DNA of 64,000 nt, from positions 124,001 through 188,000 of the forward strand of contig NC_092680.1 in the NCBI RefSeq assembly GCF_964355755.1. The letters run 5' to 3'. Below the pieces are notes generated by a model. The model saw only the letters and a list, made by a program, of their open reading frames with translations. It had not been told where the DNA came from and searched no databases. The position numbers were made by a program, and so were the translations under genes. Every line of letters begins with the position of its first letter. Position 1 is the stretch's first letter. Source of the DNA: Antedon mediterranea. Taxonomy: Eukaryota > Animalia > Echinodermata. Positions 14,201-26,723 of this stretch are shown piece after piece.

Positions 14201-17200
14201 TGCTCCAGGTGACATGTCATCCAAGACATATTAGATTGTCTTTTTTCTTTGCATACACAATCCAAATACTAAGTAGACATTTTGTTTGACAGCAGCAAGA
14301 CTGTAAAAAACACAAATGTCAATTAAATATTTATTGTATGACAAAATACAGTTTAAATTATCTATTCTGCATAATCTGACAATGTAATTTATAGTCATTT
14401 ATTCGTTAAAAACATTTTCGAAAATGTGGGTATATATTTTGTTTGATATGATTATGATGTAATGTTTTCTTTTTTTCTTGTTTTGCTAATATGTTTTCGA
14501 TTTAAAATCATTTATCACACAAAAATTAACAATGTATAATTTAATATTATATTTTCTACTTTTACTCAAATTGGCAAGGACAGTAATGTGTAGATATTCA
14601 CTATAGATTGTTTACAGTATAGGTAATAAGGTAATGTTATTTTGTTACAGGCTGCTGATGGATTTCTGTTTGTTGTCTCCTGTGACAATGGTCGCATTAT
14701 TTATGTTTCGGATTCCGTCACACCTGTTCTCCATCATACTCAGGTAAGGTCAAAAGTCAACTCTTGTTATTTGATTGTCATGTATTCATCATGTTAATTA
14801 ATGATGTCTATTTTTATCGACACATTGCTAAGTAATGGCATGTTCATATTTATTAATTAGATGATAAAAAAGATAGTGTTACTATATTAATTAACATAAT
14901 ATTTTGTTAACATAATCTGAAAATAACACAAATTATTAAAATCTGAACAAAATAAAAGTTTTTAAAATTAAATAGAAAATGTTAAATTGTCATACTATTA
15001 TAATGAATAGTTGGTGGTGCACAAAAGATTTTTAACCCACACAATTGACTTTTTTTTTTAATCGCCACCATATTTAGATATTCTTTATATTAATGTATTA
15101 ATATTAAGTTTATTGAATTATCAGCAAATACCAGATATTGACACTTATATTTAGCGAAACAGTTTTGGAGGCCACAGGGTGGCTTGAGAAATTGAAAAAA
15201 AAAAATGTTTTAGTGTAGTAAGCGCCTTTATTTTGGCAGTCAAACACAATATGACAGTCAGTCAACATTGTGTATGTGCTTATGTCACATTGCCTACTGT
15301 GCACTGTAGTATTGTATACCTAGTGTATTAACCTGACAAGATATGTCACATTGTGCACTGTAGTATTGTATACCTAGTGTATTAACCTGACAAGATATGT
15401 CACATTGTGCACTGTATGTAGTATTGTATACCTAGTGTATTAACCTGACAAGATATGTCACATTGTGCACTGTGGTATTGTATACCTAGTGTATTAACCT
15501 GACAAGATATGTCACATTGTGCACTGTAGTATTGTATACCTAGTGTATTAACCTGACAAGATATGTCACATTGTGCACTGTGGTATTGTATACCTAGTGT
15601 ATTAACCTGACAAGATATGTCACATTGTGCACTGTAGTATTGTATACCTAGTGTATTAACCTGACAAGATATTTCACATTGTGCACTGTAGTATTGTATA
15701 CCTAGTGTATTAACCTGACAAGATATGTCACATTGTGCACTGTAGTATTGTATACCTAGTGCATTAACCTGACAAGATATGTCACATTGTGCACTGTAGT
15801 ATTGTATACCTAGTGTATTAACCTGACAAGATATGTCACATTGTGCACTGTAGTATTGTATACCTAGTGTATTAACCTGACAAGATATGTCACATTGTGC
15901 ACTGTAGTATTGTATACCTAGTGTATTAACCTGACAAGATATGTCACATTGTGCACTGTAGTATTGTATACCTAGTGTATTAACCTGACAAGATATGTCA
16001 CATTGTGCACTGTAGTATTGTATACCTAGTGTATTAACCTGACAAGATATGTCACATTGTGCACTGTAGTATTGTATACCTAGTGTATTAACCTGACAAG
16101 ATATGTCACATTGTGCACTGTAGTATTGTATACCTAGGGGCCTGTTCGTAGGGGTTGAAAATACCAGCTTATTCCCGATTTCTGTTCGCGTGATCCAATT
16201 AACTTTTGCCTCAGGCTACAAAAAATTCGAGGTAAAATGTTCACCAAATTTGCAGGTTATTTCAGCGATAATCCAATTATACTCGGCCTTCGAGGATAAT
16301 AAATCTCCGATAGAGGCAATGTGTCAAATTTTGACAAACGTTCGCTGCCTAGGCCCGTCATTTCTCCTACGAAGCTCTTCCATACACGCTTCGAGAGCGA
16401 TCGTCAGCTGGTGCTGTCCTTGTTGGTGTAGACCGCTTAGTAGGCCTAGCTGGTCGGGGAGCCGCTGGTCGGTGGTGTTTCCGTCGTGTAACATTGGGCT
16501 CAAATTCTTCGTCAATGAGTAAAATAATAGTCGTCAGGAGAAGGCATATTTCGGCAGGATTATCGGCGTTAAGAGGCATAAGGTTTGTCGCAAGGATAAG
16601 CAGTGTAAAAGGTAGCAAGTAATTGTTATTGTAAAGAAAGATCGCGAGTAAAAAATATACAACACGAAACTAGCGTGCGAAAATGGGGTCGTAGGTTGTA
16701 AAGACAACTGACCTTAAAACGTAATTTCCGGTTTGTGATTCGTCGATTAAGCATAAGCGGTTAAATATTTCAAGTACGAACAACGCTCAATTTATAACCC
16801 GAGGCATGGGTGAAATTAAGCGCTTATTTTAACCACCGTACGAACACGACCCTAGTGTATTAACCTGACAAGATATGTCACATTGTGCACTGTAGTATTG
16901 TATACCTAGTGTATTAACCTGACAAGATATGTCACACTGTGCACTGTATGTAGTATTGTATACCTAGTGTATTAACCTGACAAGATATGTCACATTGTCC
17001 ACTGTGGTATTGTATACCTAGTGTATTAACCTGACAAGATATGTCACATTGTGCACTGTATGTAGTATTGTATACCTAGTGTATTAACCTGACAAGATAT
17101 GTCACATTGTGCACTGTGGTATTGTATACCTAGTGTATTAACCTGACAAGATATGTCACATTGTGCACTGTAGTATTGTATACCTAGTGTATTAACCTGA

Positions 17201-20200
17201 CAAGATATGTCACATTGTGCACTGTAGTATTGTATACCTAGTGTATTAACCTGACAAGATATGTCACATTGTGCACTGTAGTATTGTATACCTAGTGTAT
17301 TAACCTGACAAGATATGTCACATTGTGCACTGTAGTATTGTATACCTAGTGTATTAACCTGACAAGATATGTCACATTGTGCACTGTAGTATTGTATACC
17401 TAGTGTATTAACCTGACAAGATATGTCACATTGTGCACTGTAGTATTGTATACCTAGTGTATTAACCTGACAAGATATGTCACATTGTGCACTGTAGTAT
17501 TGTATACCTAGTGTATTAACCTGACAAGATATGTCACATTGTGCACTGTAGTATTGTATACCTAGTGCATTAACCTGACAAGATATGTCACATTGTGCAC
17601 TGTAGTATTGTATACCTAGTGTATTAACCTGACAAGATATGTCACACTGTGCACTGTATGTAGTATTGTATACCTAGTGTATTAACCTGACAAGATATGT
17701 CACATTGTGCACTGTGGTATTGTATACCTAGTGTATTAACCTGACAAGATATGTCACATTGTGCACTGTATGTAGTATTGTATACCTAGTGTATTAACCT
17801 GACAAGATATGTCACATTGTGCACTGTGGTATTGTATACCTAGTGTATTAACCTGACAAGATATGTCACATTGTGCACTGTAGTATTGTATACCTAGTGT
17901 ATTAACCTGACAAGATATGTCACATTGTGCACTGTAGTATTGTATACCTAGTGTATTAACCTGACAAGATATGTCACATTGTGCACTGTAGTATTGTATA
18001 CCTAGTGTATTAACCTGACAAGATATGTCACATTGTGCACTGTAGTATTGTATACCTAGTGTATTAACCTGACAAGATATGTCACATTGTGCACTGTAGT
18101 ATTGTATACCTAGTGTATTAACCTGACAAGATATGTCACATTGTGCACTGTGGTATTGTATACCTAGTGTATTAACCTGACAAGATATGTCACATTGTGC
18201 ACTGTAGTATTGTATACCTAGTGTATTAACCTGACAAGATATGTCACATTGTGCACTGTAGTATTGTATACCTAGTGTATTAACCTGACAAGATATGTCA
18301 CATTGTGCACTGTAGTATTGTATACCTAGTGTATTAACCTGACAAGATATGTCACATTGTGCACTGTAGTATTGTATACCTAGTGTATTAACCTGACAAG
18401 ATATGTCACATTGTGCACTGTAGTATTGTATACCTAGTGTATTAACCTGACAAGATATGTCACACTGTGCACTGTGGTATTGTATACCTAGTGTATTAAC
18501 CTGACAAGATATGTCACATTGTGCACTGTAGTATTGTATACCTAGTGTATTAACCTGACAAGATATGTCACATTGTGCACTGTATGTAGTATTATATACC
18601 TAGTGTATTAACCTGACAAGATATGTCACATTGTGCACTGTGGTATTGTATACCTAGTGTATTAACCTGACAAGATATGTCACATTGTGCACTGTATGTA
18701 GTATTGTATACCTAGTGTATTAACCTGACAAGATATGTCACATTGTGCACTGTAGTATTGTATACCTAGTGTATTAACCTGACAAGATATGTCACATTGT
18801 GCACTGTAGTATTGTATACCTAGTGTATTAACCTGACAAGATATGTCACATTGTGCACTGTAGTATTGTATACCTAGTGTATTAACCTGACAAGATATGT
18901 CACATTGTGCACTGTAGTATTGTATACCTAGTGTATTAACCTGACAAGATATGTCACATTGTGCACTGTAGTATTGTATACCTAGTGTATTAACCTGACA
19001 AGATATGTCACATTGTGCACTGTAGTATTGTATACCTAGTGTATTAACCTGACAAGATATGTCACATTGTGCACTGTATGTAGTATTATATACCTAGTGT
19101 ATTAACCTGACAAGATATGTCACATTGTGCACTGTAGTATTGTATACCTAGTGTATTAACCTGACAAGATATGTCACATTGTGCACTGTGGTATTGTATA
19201 CCTAGTGTATTAACCTGACAAGATATGTCACATTGTGCACTGTATGTAGTATTATATACCTAGTGTATTAACCTGACAAGATATGTCACATTGTGCACTG
19301 TAGTATTGTATACCTAGTGTATTAACCTGACAAGATATGTCACATTGTGCACTGTATGTAGTATTATATACCTAGTGTATTAACCTGACAAGATATGTCA
19401 CATTGTGCACTGTAGTATTGTATACCTAGTGTATTAACCTGACAAGATATGTCACATTGTGCACTGTATGTAGTATTGTATACCTAGTGTATTAACCTGA
19501 CAAGATATGTCACATTGTGCACTGTAGTATTGTATACCTAGTGTATTAACCTGACAAGATATGTCACATTGTGCACTGTATGTAGTATTGTATACCTAGT
19601 GTATTAACCTGACAAGATATGTCACATTGTGCACTGTAGTATTGTATACCTAGTGTATTAACCTGACAAGATATGTCACATTGTGCACTGTATGTAGTAT
19701 TGTATACCTAGTGTATTAACCTGACAAGATATGTCACATTGTGCACTGTATGGAGTATTGTATACCTAGTGTATTAACCTGACAAGATATGTCTAACAAT
19801 AGCATTGTTTGTCCCTGGTTTATGTTGATGATTTTATCTCATCAGAATGATTGGTTTGGGAAAAGTCTTTATGATGTTATACATCCAGATGACAATGAAA
19901 AGGTTAGGGAACAATTGTCCACAACGGAACCGCCAAATAGTGGAAGAATTCTGGATCTCAAAAGTAAGTCTACTTGCCTTCATTAACCCTTTCACTGCTC
20001 ATTGATAATCTCATCTCTGTACGTAATTATTATTTTTAATGGAAAACTGAAAATTTAAAAAATAAGAAGGTGGTCAATAAAACTGAATTTACTAAAATAT
20101 TGAATGCTTTGTTTTTATATTCCAGCAGGGACAGTCAAGAAAGAAGGACATCAATGTATGTGTTTCTGAATATTGTCTATTCACTTTCCTTCTTTGAGTA

Positions 20201-23200
20201 CCAGATTTCTATTATTGCACAAAATATAGTATTTAAATATCAAAAAACCTTTGTATGACATAAAAATAGTATTTACATAATTATTACATACATAATTATG
20301 TAATAGAAAAAGAAAAATAAAGTTACATTTTTCAAATTGTATTCTTTTTAGCTTCTATGCGCTTTTGTATGGGCTCAAGACGTGGTTTCATTTGCCGGAT
20401 TAAGTATGGGAATGCACCAGTTGACCCCATTACAATGGGACGATTCTGTCAGGCTAGGAACCGTAGCAGTTTAGGGTCAACAAAAGATGGTGAACAATAT
20501 GCAGTCGTACACTGTACAGGATACATAAAAAACTGGCCCCCAGCTGGAGGTAGCTTTCATTTTTCTCTCATGAAATACACATTTATCACACTCTAAATAA
20601 ATATTTTGTTGCAGACAACTAATATAGCCACGTCGTTGAAAGAAAAGTCTGAATGTAAATATAAAAGCAATGAGACCACTCAGGTGTAAAAAATAAGACA
20701 AGATAAAACTTTATTGTCATGCCCACAACAAGATGAACATGAAATTTGTTTTCATTAATGCTTATATTACACACACAATACAGATAAATATAACATTTAA
20801 CAGTAATAAATATCAATAATAGAATATATATATAAAAAACATACTTGGTACACAAGAGTAATAAAAAACTTGTAAAAACATAACAACATTGGTTTGATGG
20901 TCTCTGACAAAAATAAAGTAATATTTTTGTTTTATTTTAGGTGTTAATTTAGAGCAACAAGATGTGGAAAATGATGGGCAATGTTCAAACCACTACTGCT
21001 TGGTTGCTATTGGTCGTTTACAGGTCACCAGTACTCCAAATTGCTCCGACCTTGGGGGCGCTAGCACACCAAATGAATTCATATCTAGGCAAGATATGGA
21101 TGGAAAATTTACATTTATTGATCAGAGGTAACATTATTTATTAGTTATCCGCATTCAGCGGATAACTCCTTGTAATTGTATGAAATTATCCGCAACTTTT
21201 TAAGTTGCGGATAACCCTTGTGATTGTATGAAATTATCCGCAACTTTTTAAGTTGCGGATAACCCTTGTGATTGTATGAAATTATCCGCAACTTTTTAAG
21301 TTGCGGATAACCCTTGTGATTGTATGAAATTATCCGCAACTTTAAGTTGCGGATAACCCTTGTGATTGTATGAAATTATCCGCAACTTTAAGTTGCGGAT
21401 AATCCTTGTGATTGTAAATATCTTTTTCTTCTTCTTTGTTATTCTTCTTTCTTTCCCTGATTTTTGTGACCAGCATATCCACTATTGCTTGTCAACATAA
21501 CTTTGATATGACGTTAGAGTCGCGCAGCGTAAGTTACGCGCAATTTTATGAATTTCAATGATTGATCATAGATTATAAACCAAAAGTCATTTTGTATTGA
21601 CATTTGGTGAAAATTTAAGTCATATCAAGGGCAAACTTTCTATGGATTAAAAATGGCATGTTTCACAAGAAGTTACGCGCGCACGCGCATTTAAAATTTC
21701 AAAATGCGCAAAATTAATTTCTACATTTTGAGCTTGTCAAAAATCCCCACGCGCTCGAAAAAAATTACGCGTAAGGTGCGCACGGAGCATGAAAATCATG
21801 TGTTTTTCTCTTGAATTGTGATTTTCTAGCCTTTCCTAGTCATTTTTCAAAAGATTGACATCATTTCAAATTAAATTGATGTCATACGAACACGTTGATT
21901 TAGACCATTTGTGCGCGTTTTAGTTGAAAAAGTGACAAAATATTGTCAAAATTATGCCTATTTTGAATCTAGTATAGCTCTTCAGAATCATCCATGACCC
22001 CCATTTTTTAAAATTTAATATGTAAGCAGATATGTTGTAGATATGAATTCATGCAGAATCTTTACCTCGGATGTTATGATGTCATCGTATGGCCACATGA
22101 ATGTAAAATATAGGATTTTTTACTCTTTTGTAATTGCTCATCACATTAAATAGAGCGCATCTCGCTTATACGTATTCCATTTCCCCCGATATTTTAATAC
22201 TGTCGTCAATCAACTATCTTTCGCATGAGTTAAAAATATTTTAATTTTTATGACGTCCTCATGTCTAAAAATGTAAATAACGTGGGTCACCTATTTTCAT
22301 CTTTACAGTAAATTTCAATCTGTTATAGCTCGTCAGAATAAAAAGTGATAATCATAATTAAAACGTTTTCTGGAAGCTATTGGATTGTAGATACGAATTC
22401 ATGTGAACATTTTTCAAATCAGATGTATATATTTTACGTATTCAAATTTCTTCTACAAGTTAATATGTTGTTGCTCAGATAATTTCCTTTCGAAATTGCT
22501 CTTCGTGTTTCATTTTGATACCGTCACCATGTTAAAATTGGAATAAATGGCGGGTCCCGTAATTTCACCTATTCTACACTGTATGTAATATGTATACAGA
22601 TTATACTGTGTATACTGTATAGTATATGACACAAAATTGACAGAATTCAGCACTAACAGCATATCATATTCTTCAGTTCAAGTCATAATGCCATAATCTT
22701 TTTCCGTGTGCAAAATTCCAACGTATGAAATGCGCATGGCGTTTGTCGTGCGGATGACTAACTCGTCAAAGTGACGAGTTCAAATCTAGTTGCTCATTCT
22801 GTTTCATGTTGAATGTATTAGTTAAGTATGATAATAATTTAATAGAATATTGTAAGCCTAAAATTCATGTACCCAGTTTTAACCTACTGATGTCAAGAAA
22901 CTCTTTGTAACCTAGTACAGTAGTTGGTTTACTTACTAAAAACCACAATAAATAAACTCTTCATCATCCTTTAGATTTATTCAGTATGCGTGAGTGGAAA
23001 CATTTTGTTTGGGCAACTAGACAATTTTTAAAGCGTTGAATGTATATTTGTTGATTGTTTTAGGGTTGTTGGAGTGTTAGGTTACCAACCACAGGAACTT
23101 CTAGGCAAGTGTAGTTATGATTTCTATCACCCTGAAGACCAAGCACATCTAAGGGAAAGTTTTGATCAAGGTAAGAAAGAAGGCAAAACAAACACTATAG

Positions 23201-26200
23201 TGATTCTATCAGAATTGCTATGGTGCTCAAAACACATGTTGTCACTACACTAATATTCACACACCGTTGTATTCTGTCTCCACCTAGGGGTCGATACCGT
23301 TGTATTCTGTCTCCACCTAAGGGTCGATACCGTTGTATTCTGTCTCCACCTTGGGGTCGATACCGTTGTATTCTGTCTCCACCTAGGGGTCGATACCGTT
23401 GTATTCTGTCTCCACCTGGGGGTCGATACCGTTGTATTCTGTCTCCACCTAGGGATCGATATACCATTTGCGCTGAGCCACCTTCTAATTCTCTGTTTAA
23501 GAATTGTTAGAATGGCAAACAATTTAATTTGGTCGGTCAGTTATCAGACATTCTTACGTACATGTCTAAGCGCTTTATAAATCGAACAACATTAACATCA
23601 GCTAATTCTCTATCTGCCTGAATTACAATTTATACAAAGAAAGACAGAAAGAATTCTGTAGACATTTTAGGCAGAGTAAATATTTACATTGAAGTCTTGT
23701 ACATCAATGGGTAACCATTTTATAAAATCATTTTTATCTAAACTTTGATGATTCATGTGATTTTATGAATGTGATGAATTACATTAATAAATAAATTTCA
23801 CTGAACGGAAATTTAAATTATACTATTTGAAAAATATTCAGGTTATCATCAAGAAAAGGAAACATTTTGAAAATTTAATTTTCTTCAATAGAAAAAAAAA
23901 CATTCTACTCAACTCAAAATTAAAATGATTTTTTATAATTGACAAGGACTTTTTTTATTATAATTGTGTTCATCGATCAGATGGAATGTTATAATAGCTG
24001 CAAGATTAAGTAATATATTAAAGTTAGTTTTTAATTGAAAGAAGTCTGCATAAGGCAAACATCTATATTTATTTAATGTCATCCAATCAGTAATCTATTT
24101 GATTTTATTTGTTTTGATTTTTTAATCTCTCTAAAATGTGTATAATTGATAAAAATCTGTTTAAACTATTTTTCCATTGTAGTTGTGAAGTTAAAAGGTC
24201 AAGTGCTATCAGTCATATATCGTTTTCAAGGAAAGAATCGAGAGTGGGTGTGGCTTCGAACCAGCTCTTTCAGCTTTCAAAATCCTTACACTGATGAAGT
24301 GGAATATATAGTATCTACCAATTCATCTTCAAAGTATGATCATTTTAAATAGCCCCAACTTGTGTTATACTTTGTTGTGATGCACAAAGGAAATTTACCT
24401 GTGTGTATATATTATTATAAACTGTAAATTGATTGTCTTTGGACAATACAACTGTACATGTTGCATACAATCCCTGTTTTTATAATATTATATAACCCTT
24501 TCAATAACAGCTATACAAACTAAGATTTATCTATCATGTAGTGTATGTACCCTTTCAAAATATACAAACTAAGATTGATCTATCATGTAGTGTATGTCTA
24601 TATATTTATGTTATATTAAAAACTTTAAAAATCAGCGTTTGTGAATTAAAACTATTTCAGTAAAAACACACAGAATTAATACAAACTGTTTTTCTTTTAA
24701 ATAGAAATATGCAACAGCCCCATACTCAAGACTCCTTAGATGGTGTGAATAAAGTGAAAGGGCCAGAGGCCACTTCAATGGGGCCTTATACAAGCAGTCT
24801 ACACCAAGGAACAGGTTACCCACACCAAGAACCTAATGCAGACAAACGAGCACAGGATGGCAAGTCAGAAACCTTAGCTCGCTACTCTGTATACAGAGGG
24901 CCTATACCTCAAGGCCCAAGCAGTAAACCAGGTGTGTTAGCCCAGACATATGGAGTATCTAACTATCCTATGCCAAGGCCTGGACATGGATATGGTCCTG
25001 TACAAAGTGATGATAGATCTGGTGTCCAAGCTAGTAAAGGAGGCTTTGTACAGAGTTCAGGCTCTTGGCCACCATCCTCACAGTACCAAGCACAGGTAAT
25101 TATGCTTTATTTATTTGTGGATGTAAATTAGAAAAACAAAAATGTCTGTCAAATAATTCAAAATTTGAATCTAGAGATTTTTTTTCTGTGTTATCGTTTT
25201 GAAAGATTTTCCTCTTTGATTAATAATATTTATTTTGTATTCTTATTCAGGTTGGTCCATCAACTGTGTCTACCCCTCCTACGCAATATTCTAGAAATCA
25301 GTCTGTAAGCAATCAGACCTCCTCCCCTACACCCACCTATACACAACTACAGGCCAATCCACAAAGAGCAATAGGCTTCCCATATCAGCAACATCAACAG
25401 GATAAGCAAGCAGGTATGTAAAATCAATATACACTCATTGATTGACATCAACATTTTATTTTGACAACAAAACATTTATTGTATGTACAATCAATATACA
25501 CTCATTGATTGATATCACCATTTTATTTTGACAACAAAACATTTATTGTATGTACAATCAATATACACTCATTGATTGATATCAACATTTTATTTTGACA
25601 ACAAAACATTTATTGTATGTACAATCAATATACACTCATTGATTGATATCAACATTTTATTTTGACAACATTTATTGTAACTAATATTAAACCAATGAAT
25701 ATCAGGTACAAATGAGTATTCTCACTTTTCAGGTAAATTTAACTGTTTATTTTCTTTATAAGCAAATTATTATTTATTGGTTTTTTTGTGCAAAAGTAAA
25801 TAACTTTTATTAGAAATTTGTTTTTATTCATCTTTATTTCATGTTTTAGGGAATACATTGTTAAGTAATAAATTGCCAACAGCAAGATAAAGGACTGATA
25901 ATGTATAAAGAAAACGCTTGAATAATTTCCATTCATATACTGTCAAATTTAATGTTTATTAATTACGCTATCTGACATAGACGATGACCTGTATTGACAT
26001 GACCCTCTCCTCCTTCCTAATATCCATCAAACTGACATGATCAATGTTGACATATCTGGCCTATTTTCATCCACAGTGCAAGCTGGTATGGTTGCATATG
26101 GCGGTAGACCAGATGGGCAGAGTGTTAGTCGAAGAGATCCGGCAATGTGGCAACAATGGCAGCCAACCAATCCTGGATCAGAAACTGCTCAAGCACAAAC

Positions 26201-26312
26201 GCAGGAATTCTCTGAAATCTACAGTATGCTTGATGGACAACAACCAGCTTTTAACACACAAGTTGAACCAGAATTTAACGACCTCCCAATGTTTCCCCCT
26301 TTTTCAGAATAG
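2265..26312 (+). CDS. ARNT: Aryl hydrocarbon receptor nuclear translocator (ARNT/HIF-1beta/tango), bHLH-PAS; 15 coding exons in window, first exon uncertain
   Basis: GT-AG exons joined in frame: 2265-2306, 2694-2741, 9565-9606, 10072-10229, 11135-11214, 14651-14743, 19846-19963, 20126-20155, 20352-20549, 20941-21127, 23064-23170, 24183-24333, 24705-25095, 25251-25413, 26077-26312 (TAG). Translation includes [60 protein letters not shown] (bHLH, essentially identical to vertebrate ARNT), [24 protein letters not shown] (PAS-A) and [24 protein letters not shown] (PAS-B/PAC), then a Q/P/S-rich tail. There is an ATG at 2269, but the true start may lie in an upstream exon. Confidence 0.96.
2885..5320. 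repeat. 23-bp minisatellite (CAGCATCATCATCAAGATACTCA)n in ARNT intron
   Basis: Direct inspection; ~100 units with variants. It explains the 603-aa His/Ile/Ser ORF. Confidence 0.97.
7117..7647. repeat. 66-bp tandem array (~8 units) with internal hairpin GATCAGTTTTAGTATTAAAACTGATC
   Basis: Period 66 (TTTAGTTTTAGATC at 7121, 7187...). Confidence 0.95.
8370..9450. repeat. Degenerate ~30-bp tandem array (ATAGATCCTTATTCACAGTTTACC core)
   Basis: Dozens of diverged GATCCTT(A/T)..CACAGTTT units, with a dimeric ~60-bp sub-block at 8590-8870. Confidence 0.9.
15300..19793. repeat. 54-bp minisatellite (CACTGTAGTATTGTATACCTAGTGTATTAACCTGACAAGATATGTCACATTGTG)n, interrupted by a Harbinger MITE
   Basis: Period 54 with 58-bp variants (extra TGTA); ends ~50 nt before the ARNT acceptor at 19845. 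Confidence 0.97.
16138..16852. mobile_element. PIF/Harbinger-type non-autonomous DNA transposon (715 bp) inserted in the 54-bp satellite
   Basis: Imperfect TIRs GGGCCTGTTCGTAGGGGTTGAAAATA and (revcomp) GGGTCGTGTTCGTACGGTGGTTAAAATA. The 3-bp TSD TAG (16135-16137, 16853-16855) is unambiguous because the empty site is the satellite unit. Confidence 0.85.
21138..22790 (+). mobile_element. Helentron/HINE (DINE-1-like) non-autonomous rolling-circle element
   Basis: 5' subTIR TTAGTTATCCGCA with adjacent inverted copy GCGGATAACT. CTT-rich microsatellite at 21421-21456. 3' subTIR TGCGGATGACTAA (22749-22761) followed by stem-loop AACTCGTCA-aag-TGACGAGTT and a terminal CTAGT. T-rich insertion site, no TSD. 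Confidence 0.75.
21170..21416. repeat. 51/49-bp hairpin tandem repeat (5 units) inside the Helentron 5' end
   Basis: Unit contains TTATCCGCAACTT-(t)n-AAGTTGCGGATAA. Confidence 0.95.
23263..23462. repeat. 33-bp tandem array (6 units)
   Basis: ACCGTTGTATTCTGTCTCCACCTAGGGGTCGAT units. Confidence 0.95.
25414..25679. repeat. 67-bp tandem array (~4 units) beginning at an ARNT splice donor
   Basis: GTATGTA(A/C)AATCAATATACACTCATTGATTGA... at 25414, 25481, 25548, 25615. Confidence 0.92.
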
Positions 26313-26461
26313 AATAGTCCATAATCTTCTGCTACCGAAATCAGCTTTTTTCTATTTATTTTATTTCTTTCTGTTTTATATAATAAATAATCTGTTTGGT
26401 TGATAATTAATATTATCATTGGTATAATTGTTAATAATAAAATTAAAAATGATTTTAATTA

Positions 26462-26723
26462 CCGTATTTATTTGAATAAACACCCTGTGCCACATGTGTT
26501 ATATACACACATTTCTAGTTGTAGTTGAATTCATTGATTGACACAATCGACAATTTACCAAGCATTTTGATACAATTTTTACTTCTCGATATCTATTTGA
26601 TTATGTTACTATATTATGGCCAAAAACATAAACACCTCCCCGAATAAACACCTTCCTTGAAGACACATCCCTCTATAAAAAAAAACCTCCTGAACAATAA
26701 AATGATAATTCAAATAAATACGG
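26462..26723. mobile_element. Tc1/mariner-superfamily MITE downstream of the ARNT stop codon (probable 3' UTR)
   Basis: Perfect 16-bp TIR CCGTATTTATTTGAAT / ATTCAAATAAATACGG, TA TSD on both sides, internal AATAAACACC repeats. Related remnants near 29920-29970 and 53095-53165. Confidence 0.8.

Noticed and set aside
15410-15425. 54->58 bp variant (TA->TATGTA) as a Tc1-type footprint
   Set aside because: Equally explained by slippage duplication of the adjacent TGTA, so it is not counted as evidence.
15300-19793. CRISPR-like appearance of regular repeats (also 32214-33036, 48181-50183)
   Set aside because: Units are head-to-tail with no unique spacers, there are no cas genes, and the context is a eukaryotic intron.
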